NCBI RefSeq assembly: GCF_001194135.2
Contig: NC_068982.1
Location: forward strand, 180,606,620 to 180,640,282
Reading direction: 5' to 3'
Length of the DNA stretch: 33,663 nucleotides
Origin: Octopus bimaculoides
Lineage: Eukaryota
The position numbers and the translations under genes are program-made. Positions within the stretch are counted from its first letter, which is position 1, and each line of letters begins with the position of its first letter. Shown piece after piece: positions 25,490-33,663 of the stretch. The notes beneath the pieces are model-generated. The model had not been told where the DNA came from, ran no database searches, and saw only the letters and a program-made list of their open reading frames with translations.

Positions 25490-25703
25490 TGTTTTTCAAA
25501 TTTTGGTTCAAGGCCAGGGATTTATAGGGAGAAGATCAATCTATTACAGGACGTCAGTTTTCAAATCATACTTATTTTACAGAGCTTGAAAAGATGAAAG
25601 TCATTGTTGCCTCAGCGGAATTGGAACCCGGATCGTACAGTGCTTGAAGAAATAACACTAAGCATTTTGCTTTACTTGCTAAAGATTCCTCCAGCTCAGC
25701 GAC
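25490..25703 (-). mobile_element. tRNA-derived SINE, family B (decayed)
   Basis: Reverse complement: gctgagctggaggaatctttagca...gcaaaatgcttagtgttatttc...gggttccaattccgctgagg...ctttcatcttttc...taaaataagta...ctggccttgaaccaaaatttgaaa. Confidence 0.8.
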
Positions 25704-25734
25704 TTAGAGAATTATATGAATAATAATAGTGTAA

Positions 25735-25805
25735 CAAAATTATTATTTTTATTATTATTATTATTAATATTATTATTATCATTATTATTATTATCATTAT
25801 TATTT
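25735..25805. repeat. (TAT)n trinucleotide repeat
   Basis: Direct reading. Confidence 0.9.
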
Positions 25806-26030
25806 TCTTTTGGATTTTGGTGAGTAGGTGTTTTTCTTTCGTTCTTGCTTCTATCTCAAAATCAAAGGAAATGACTACTATTCCCTTCGAACTTTGATTT
25901 TGTGAACTGGACATCAATGTTTTGAAGCTAACCTATTTCTCATTACATTTCAAACAGAATCAGTGCTGAGTCGCTGCAGCAGAAATATTGTTATAGCGAA
26001 TGTTCTGTTCAATATCAAAGATGCGTTTGT

Positions 26031-26162
26031 CACTTGCTTGACCATAACCACTTGAGGACGTCCCTTAGTGACTGACAATATGTGCATCTCTCACCATGGA
26101 CAGGAGTAGTGGGAAAGCATCATAGCCATGTGTTGGGAAGAATTCTTTGAGGTTTGAATAAA
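26031..26162 (+). repeat. Probable fragment of an interspersed retroelement-derived repeat
   Basis: gaccataacca...gtcccttagtgactgacaatatgtgcatctc...gcatcatagccatgtgttg...ggtttgaata resembles a recurrent octopus repeat from memory; no second copy in this window. Confidence 0.3.
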
Positions 26163-26476
26163 CGTAACAAAATCAAAGTTTGAAAGAAATATTAGCCATG
26201 TTGCCTACTTTCTAGGGGTAAGCAAATAGGAAATAACAGTTGGTACCCAAGGACAAAAATTGTGTTACACAGTGTCACGATTTACTCATTCTGTTACTTA
26301 ATATAAGCGTGCATGTTTTATTCTGACGCATAGACGTCTTAGACAAATTGCACTCTCGAAGGTTATGGAGAGCATACTGAAATAAGTCATTTATGACTTG
26401 TATTTTATAACTCTTAATCTTGGCTGTGTTAGTCATTAAAAACTAATGACATGCATACACACGCACATCTCTCTCC

Positions 26477-26549
<73 letters not shown>

Positions 26550-27465
26550 CATTGTATTACCACCATGGAATTGTATGACAAATATGCCCTGGTTTACCAA
26601 ATATAAAGTCCTTACAAAGATATAAATAAAAAGACAAAGTATTCAATATATATTTATTATGATTTGTGCGTTCTTTACTTATACAAAGTAATGAATATAC
26701 CCATTTCTAATATCGTTTGAAAACTAGCAAAAGACGTGGTGGGGTAATAGAAATACTCGGAAAATATTGCTCAAACCACATTCTATATATTTTGAAATAA
26801 GACGGGTTGGATAATTTCATTCTTGGGTGTATTACAGTTAAAAAGGCTGACTGATCACAAGTAGAATGACCTTCATCATAGATACGATGGATGAGACCTC
26901 ATTTAAAGCTAACCAATGATAGTAGCGATATAGTTAGATAGATATAATATACAAAATATACTTATGTATTTCAAAGTGTATTAGATGTTATTATGATCCT
27001 TTATTCAATGCTAGAAGAGATACAGGGATAATATTTTGATTTTATCTGTTTTAATGTAAACATCTTAGTGATTCGCATTTGAACGGAAACATTAAAAATA
27101 ATAGATTTAGAAAATAAACATTGCAATTCTGGATTAATTGCAACATTGGTCACGTGGTTCCAACCAACCAACCAACCAACAAACCAGCCAACCACTGAAG
27201 GATCTCTGGATATCTGACGTTGAGAAGAGACTCTATAATTCAGTGCACAAATAAATATCTCTAATAACTTTGTATAACATTGGTATTCATGTTGATGTCT
27301 ATATCAATCTCCGTCGGAACAAAGGTACACACAAACACGTGCACACAAACACACACACGCGCGCGCACACACATACGTACCAAATATATACACAGATATA
27401 CGTGCTTGCGTACCCACACATCTATACATATAGGTGCTTATATGTAATGATGGCAGTACATATTA

Positions 27466-27537
27466 CGGCACGAGGGTCACTCAGGTGGTACTGGCATCGG
27501 CCACGCTTGGATAGTGAGCCAGTCAGGCGGTACTGTC
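27466..27537 (-). repeat. Interspersed-repeat fragment with an internal 17-bp near-duplication
   Basis: GC-rich island: tcactcaggtggtactg (27477-27493) and ccagtcaggcggtactg (27519-27535); resembles a recurrent octopus SINE/LINE body from memory. Confidence 0.45.
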
Positions 27538-27627
27538 ATACGTATGTATGTATGTATGTATGTATGTATGCATATATATATATATGTATGTATATGTATG
27601 TATGTATGTAGGTATGAATGTATATAC

Positions 27628-27812
27628 AAATAATAACAACAGACGAGGACAGGTGGTGTAAATAACAAAAGTATATATTAGTATGACTCTCGGGAATACG
27701 GAAAGTCTTTGACGTTTCGAGCTACGCTCTTCAACAGAAAGAATACGGAGACAAGGAGAAAAACACGGAGAAAAAAAATTGAATAGTGTTCAGTCAACGG
27801 TCAATCATATAT
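27628..27812 (-). mobile_element. Short PLE-type element carrying a minimal hammerhead motif
   Basis: Homologous to 4415-4600; contains the fold described at 27706-27742. Confidence 0.6.
27706..27742 (-). ncRNA. Minimal type-I hammerhead ribozyme-like motif (variant core CUGUUGA)
   Basis: Minus strand UCUUU-CUGUUGA-A-GAGC-GUA-GCUC-GAAA-C-GU-C-AAAGA: 5-bp stem I, 4-bp stem II, GAAA, loopless palindromic stem III (ACGU), GUC cleavage triplet with C17 at 27711. Confidence 0.65.
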
Positions 27813-27900
27813 ATGTATTTCATCTTATTCCTTTCTGTCGAAGAACATAAAAGACTTTTCTATTTATCCAGAGTGTCTTTTAATACTTTGCACGTACCAA

Positions 27901-28020
27901 GGCAACGAACTGGCAGAAACGTTAGCACGCCAGGCGAAATACTTAGCGGTATTTCGTTCAAATTCCGCCAAAGTCGACCTTGCCTTTTATTCTTTCGGGG
28001 TTGATAAAATAAGTATCTGT
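27901..28020 (+). mobile_element. tRNA-derived SINE, family B (internally deleted, 3'-truncated)
   Basis: ggcaacgaactggcagaaacgttagcacgccaggcgaaatacttagcggtatttcgttcaaattccgccaaagtcgaccttgcctttt...ttcggggttgataaaataagta. Confidence 0.88.
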
Positions 28021-28094
28021 TGCAACTTGTATCTGTTTCTTTGCATGTACCACGCCCTCGTGTTGTTATTTTTTCTTGTGTTTTTCCTTCGATT

Positions 28095-28133
<39 letters not shown>

Positions 28134-29127
28134 TATACATACATATATGTAGTTATTTCAGCTCGTTAATTTATTTTCGATTCGATAATAAACCAGGCTT
28201 ATTTAAAAGGTCTGATGTATAACAGACTTATTCATTGGTTTCAATATTTCGTTATCAATCTATATACTACATGTATATGAGGTTTGTATATATTTTGGGT
28301 TCTACTAACTGGATGTCACTTGCAGCATTGGTGAAATATTATAATTATTATTTTAAATACACTCATAGAATGACTTGAAGAAATATTCAAATATATCAGT
28401 AGCCATTCACGTGTTGCTGACGTAGTCGAAATGAAAAAAAAAAAAGAAAAAAAATAGCGTTAAAATGGCAGAAGAAACTTCTCAAGTTCACAGTTACTGT
28501 TTAGGTAATCCAACGGAAGCGTATCAAGTGGTCAGGTACACTCATGGAACTTCCGCAAAAGAAAAGAACGAGCTGACAGCATATTCTGCAACACCTGTCA
28601 AGTTAGAAACCCTGATAATTCTTGATATTTTTTAAACGTTTGGATCAGAACAATTTTTTGTTGGCGTCAATGGTGATGCGTCATGTAAGCATTATTAAAT
28701 CTGGAAATCAAAGAAAAACAACCAATGGAATTAAAAAAAAGAAAGAAAAAAATCTTTGTTGATGGAACGTTAAGATTTATGGCATTGCCCATAACAGTTT
28801 CTAGATTCTTCCTATTTTTTTTCATTATTATTTTTTAACATATAAAGTACTTTTTTGAAAATGTGTTTTGTTACATTCAAATTTGATTAAAAAATGTAAC
28901 AAAATCAAACAAACACAAGTATTTCTATTTAGCATCGAATTCATATGTTCTCCAAGTCTGCTGGGAGTTAGACTGTGGTGAGTAGACTGGAACCCTACTA
29001 TTATTGAAACTATATATTTGTCGCATAAATTAGTTGTTGAAACATATTCAATGTACATTATCTCCATTACATAAACTGATGCCATTTATTAATTTAAGTC
29101 TGAATAATCAGTACCTCTCTTTCTTTC

Positions 29128-29130
<3 letters not shown>

Positions 29131-29191
<61 letters not shown>

Positions 29192-29230
29192 CCTACCTAC
29201 CTACCTATCTATCTATCTATTTATCTATCT
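29131..29230. repeat. (CTAT)n/(CTAC)n microsatellite
   Basis: Direct reading. Confidence 0.95.
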
Positions 29231-29704
29231 GTATACACACAAATGCAGAACCATATGCATACAAACATACATACACCCATTCACTCATTCATTATATACG
29301 AATACTCATAACACTAAAATGACTCTGTTAGTCAGATTTCAGTTAGATGATAATTGTCAACTAGAGATTCTGATACAAAAGGGCCCCAATGTATTATCGA
29401 ACCTATTTTCGTTGGATATTGATCGGATTTGCGATTGTGCTCAGTCGTTGAAGTCATTATACATAAAAACATCAACATTCTTCATACGATAGTATCTATA
29501 TAGACGGTAAAGTAGTCGAATTGTTATGCTGTAAGACAGATTGCTTAGTGGTAGTTATTTCTTCCAGAATCAATTTACCCCTCGCCCGTTTGTATTCAAT
29601 ATGTAAAGTACTCTTCTAATGCAATGAAAATATAAGATCACGTTATAACTGTTTCTTTCGTATCTTTCTGTCCTTTCCATGGCCTGTCTTAATCCGGTGC
29701 TCAG

Positions 29705-29953
29705 TTTAACGCCATTACCTTGCAATACCAGTACGTCAACGGTTTTCATCTCTTGCATGAATTTGAGTCAGGCCTTAGATTTGAGGATAAATTCATTCCT
29801 ACTCCTTGTCTCAAAGGACATGGAAAGCATCAGTTCTGTTACTACTCAACAAGGAGAAAAATATTAGATAAAAGATGTATGATGCATATAAGAAACATAA
29901 AACGAGCTAATATTTTGTCTGAATATGTATCAGTGAAGTGGACAAAACAGTTG
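29705..29953 (+). CDS. Candidate 249-bp symmetric (phase 0-0) coding exon, unidentified
   Basis: Pyrimidine-rich acceptor ...ggtgctcag| and donor ttg|gtaata bound an open frame FNAITLQYQYVNGFHLLHEFESGLRFEDKFIPTPCLKGHGKHQFCYYSTRRKILDK...VKWTKQL. Confidence 0.25.
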
Positions 29954-30054
29954 GTAATATCGTATAAATCTTTACTACAACATACATAAGGTTTTACTCA
30001 CCGATACCATTTTAATATAGGATATACTTTCCTACATATGTTTTTGAGTATCGT

Positions 30055-30340
30055 TGATCTTCCTGTTGTTGCTGTTTCATTGTTGTTATAACAGTTGGCA
30101 ATATGGTTCTTGTTGCTGTTATTCATGGTTTCAATGCAGTTGTTGTTGCTGTAGTTGCTGTTGCTACCGTTGTTGCTTTAATGCTTTCGTTTCTGTTACT
30201 GTCGCAGTTGCTCTTTTACTGCTGTTATAGCCATTACTATTGTAGTTGTTGTTTTGTTTTCATTACTGTTGTTTTTGTTTTTGCTATCATTGTTGTTGTA
30301 ATTTTCATAGTTACATGTTGCTGTTATGCTTGTTCTTGTT
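30055..30340. repeat. Degenerate (GTT/GCT)n low-complexity tract
   Basis: gttgttgct repeats; explains the Val/Ala/Cys-rich ORFs 30103 and 30246. Confidence 0.9.
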
Positions 30341-30439
30341 GCTCAGGTCGAAAAAGCGCAGAATCTGCAGAAGTATTATTGAAGCTTTCCCAAACACAGT
30401 CGACTTTTCCTCGATTATATTATCCCACGAATGTTGTGA

Positions 30440-30800
30440 TTTCTTTTTAAAGGCGAAACACTAGGATTTGAGGATGATATAGCTACTATTTCTAGCAGAG
30501 GGATGCACCCAACTGTTGCAGACGGTGAAGAAGTAAGAAAGCGGAACGAAGGAAACAAAAGAGTCGGTTTCTGCGTAAATAGATTCCAAAAGTGTGTAAT
30601 TGCTCCAGCTGGGTGGTATATGTAATTGACTAGTAGACTGCCTTTCATGTCTTTACGTGACAAGAAAATTAATGTTGGCAATGGAATCAAAGCTTTCTAC
30701 ACTGATAGACTCAATGGGACACCGTTTATATTTGGCAAGGACGTCTGGATAATGTTATTATGCCTAATGGCACTAGCAAAAGACATTGTAAGATTAATGG
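30440..30800 (+). pseudogene. Possible heavily decayed LINE (RTE-like) AP-endonuclease fragment
   Basis: One frame with a single internal stop: TLGFED...T.ADGEE...RVGFCVN...CVI..*.TSRL..M.LR...N...IKAFYTD...GKDV.IM. The order is colinear with APE motifs (ILGxSE / GVGFxV / SxRL / FY / D.xIxGD) but identity is weak. Confidence 0.35.
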
Positions 30801-31424
30801 CTGCAGAAAACACTGAAGATAAAATCTCACTCCTACAATGGAAACGTAATTAAATTTCTCAAATTTCATTTAAAGAGAAAAATAGGGTGGTAATAGGGTG
30901 GAAATAAATTGGAAGTAGAGTGGTGATAGGGTGGAAAAGGCGGATTTTACATTAAGAGGAATTTACAAACAGCACAGAAAAATGGAGAGCTTTCAGCCCT
31001 TATTAGTCAGACTTCCGACCAGAGACGTTCCAACCATGCCGAACTAGATTGGTGAGAATTTGGTCGTCTTTTTCCTTTACATGACATTGAAATACAGCAA
31101 CATAATATTAAATCTATATTTGTCTTTGTTTAAACATTCAATTCGAAATATTCCTACATTCATTCATTTTTTAACTGGTCTTTTAACTTTTGCCTGCAGC
31201 CGTACTTGGCTAATACGTTCACAGATTTCGTATAGTGCGTATTTTATTGCGCTTTAATAATCAAATAGCTAAGTTCTGCGAGTAGAGATGGATAACTGAA
31301 TACCTAACTAAAAGGTATCTTTGCGTAGACCCAAGGTGGTCATTCACAAGGTTGACATTCATCTGCGCATTTATATGCAGGCTTAGGCAAGAATGTTCAA
31401 GGAGATGAGCAGTTAGTCATGAAG

Positions 31425-31711
31425 GCAAGTGGCACTCCGTCGGCTACGATGACGAGGGTTCCAGCTTGCTCGTGAAAGTAACCGGCAAGTGGCTGAGCGC
31501 TCAACAGACGTAGTTCTCAGGAAGATTCAGCTTGACACAGAGTGTGACAAGGCTGCTCCTTTGAATTACAGGTACAGCTCAATTTTGTCAGCTGAGTGGA
31601 CTAGAGCAACGTGAAATAAAATGTCTTGTCAAGGACACAACGCACCGCCGGAAATCCAACTCATCACCTTACCACCGTGAGCCGATTACTCGTACCACTA
31701 AGCCATGCGCC
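31425..31711 (-). mobile_element. tRNA-derived SINE, family C (CORE-like central domain)
   Basis: Reverse complement ggcgcatggcttagtgg (A box)...gttggatttcc (B-box-like)...ttgtgtccttgacaagacattttatttcacgttgctctagtccactcagctg, a CORE-SINE-like segment. Confidence 0.8.
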
Positions 31712-31814
31712 TTCAATGCAAGCAAATGTCATCTCTAAAAGTCACTAACTTTCATCGAAGCTAAATGTCATCGGATTGTGCCAATGCAGTTCGTATTAGG
31801 CGTCCTTGTCAGAA

Positions 31815-32170
31815 CACGCACGCACACACACACACACACATACGAACTAACGCAAACACACACACACACACACACACACACGAACTAACACAAACACACA
31901 CACACATACACACACTCACACAAACACACACAAATCAGAAAAAATACGCAAGGGATCTCACATACATATATACATACATGCATACTTAATACATACATAC
32001 ATACATACTTAATACATACATACTTAATACATACATACATACATACATATATACATACTTAATACATACATACATACATATATACATATATACATACATA
32101 CATACATACATACATACATAAATGCATACGTAAATGCATGTGTACGTACATACACACAAACACACATACA
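31815..32170. repeat. (CA)n and (TACA)n microsatellites with a recurring catacttaata variant
   Basis: Direct reading. Confidence 0.95.
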
Positions 32171-32448
32171 TGTATTCCTATGACTTCCTCTTGTGATGGC
32201 GGCTAATACAAAGGAGATTATCTCGCCCTCTAAGCGAGAGGCAGGATTAAAAACTTGAATTCGAAATTAAGGAATTTTAAGCTAAGAGTACATAAAATTT
32301 ATTAATGTTCTGATTTTTTTATTATTAATGTTCTGATTTATTAATGTTCTAAAGGAGACACGGGTGATGCAGGGTTGCTGAAGTGGTCTTGGGTGTATGA
32401 CGAAAGATTTGTAGACAAAGGATATAAAATAAGGAGAGTAATAAACAA

Positions 32449-32627
32449 GGCGCAGGAGTGGCCGTGTGGTAAGTAGCTTCCTTACCAACCACATGGTTCC
32501 GGGGTCAGTCCCACTGCGTGGCATCTTGGGCAAGTGTCTTCTACTATAGCCTCGAGCCGACCAAAGCCTTGTGAGTGGATTTGGTAGACGGAAACTGAAA
32601 GAAGCCCGTCGTATATATGTATATTTA

Positions 32628-32709
<82 letters not shown>

Positions 32710-32916
32710 TGTGTGTGTGTTTATTCCACTAGCATTGCATGGCAACCGATGCTGGTGTGTTTATGTCCCCGTCACTTAGCAGTTCGGCAAAAGTCGCCGA
32801 TAGAATAAGTACTAGCCTTACAAAGAATAAGTCTCAGGGTCGATCTGCTCGACTAAAGCTGGTGTTCCAGCATGGCCACAGTCAAATGACTGAAACAAGT
32901 AAAAGAGTAAAAGAGA
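32449..32916 (+). mobile_element. Near full-length tRNA-derived SINE, family A, with an internal (TA)n(TG)n microsatellite
   Basis: ggcgcaggagtggccgtgtggtaag head, ggtcagtccc B-box-like motif, cttgggcaagtgtcttctactatagcc, ggaaactgaaagaagcccgtcg, microsatellite at 32611-32720, tail gtcaaatgactgaaacaa(gtaaaaga)2. Confidence 0.93.
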
Positions 32917-33429
32917 GTATCACTAAATACATAAAATTCATACACTTAAAATCTTTTGTATATTCCTTAGAAAATTTGTCATTTCTAGCTGAAGGGAATG
33001 ATCTATAGCACTATTTTATTCCTTTTAGGAATCGTCAGCATGATATAATCCTTGAAATATTAATTGAAAATAATATTAATTGAAAGTAATCTTACGAAGT
33101 GCGACATTCTCTTAACAATGAAAATAATTTAGGCCTCACACTCGCATAGTCTTTGTCCATCTTCGTGTTCTGGCAGCTGTAAGGTCTAACAAAAAAAACA
33201 AATACTACGTTTGTTGCTAAACAAACATCAGAACCACATGCCCATATTGTTGAAGTAGATGTAGTGATTAATACTTAGAAATCTGCTGACAGTGCCGACG
33301 AAACTATAATGTGGGAAACATTTTAAAGAATTATTTTACTAACATTTTGTATTAATTAGATATGATAATAGAAACGAGTACACGCAATGTAATCTTTGCT
33401 ATCATGTTGAAATATCAAAGTTTAACGTA

Positions 33430-33626
33430 CGCATGCACACACAATGTATATGTATGTGTGTGAGTTTATGTATATATTTATATGAATATGTGTGTGTATG
33501 CGTGTGTGTGTGTGTGTGTGTGTGTATGTGCATGCAAACATACATGCACAAATACATATGTATAGATGCATATATACATTTATACATGCATGCATGCATA
33601 CATATATACATATATATATACATATA

Positions 33627-33663
<37 letters not shown>
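33430..33663. repeat. (TG)n/(TACA)n/(TA)n microsatellite cluster
   Basis: Direct reading. Confidence 0.95.

Noticed and set aside
26733-26744. GACGTGGTGGGG identical to the reverse complement of the mariner right TIR tip
   Set aside because: Only 12 bp; no further TIR or transposase sequence follows
30882-30945. TAGGGTGG x3 as telomeric repeat or G-quadruplex
   Set aside because: Not TTAGGG, only three GGG tracts, and long loops
32299-32350. attaatgttctgattt x~3
   Set aside because: Ordinary short slippage duplication with no further structure

Overview
AT-rich, microsatellite-dense eukaryotic DNA. It has 7 N-gaps (3366 nt, 10%), most flanked by simple repeats, as in a short-read assembly. 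The SINE families and repeat landscape look like an octopus (coleoid cephalopod) genome; this is inferred from recalled repeat consensus sequences, not a database search. No intact, recognisable host gene is present, and most ORF-track entries are microsatellite or N artefacts. Best-supported features: (1) a 2.17-kb Chapaev3-type (CMC superfamily) DNA transposon at 5816-7985 with degenerate TIRs, a TAA target-site duplication and a frameshifted, 3'-deleted transposase; (2) an internally deleted Tc1/mariner (probably maT/DD37D) relic at ~16890-17780; (3) about eleven copies or fragments of three tRNA-derived SINE families; (4) two copies of a ~190-bp element carrying a minimal type-I hammerhead-ribozyme fold like those of Penelope-like retroelements. 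The copy at 27706-27742 (-) has all helices intact but a non-canonical CUGUUGA core. Several coding-like exon candidates (11.4-11.6, 14.0-14.3 and 18.0-18.15 kb on minus; 29.7-29.95 kb on plus) are unverified. The hammerhead element is the most interesting lead. I cannot support a claim of a new multi-gene system from this window.
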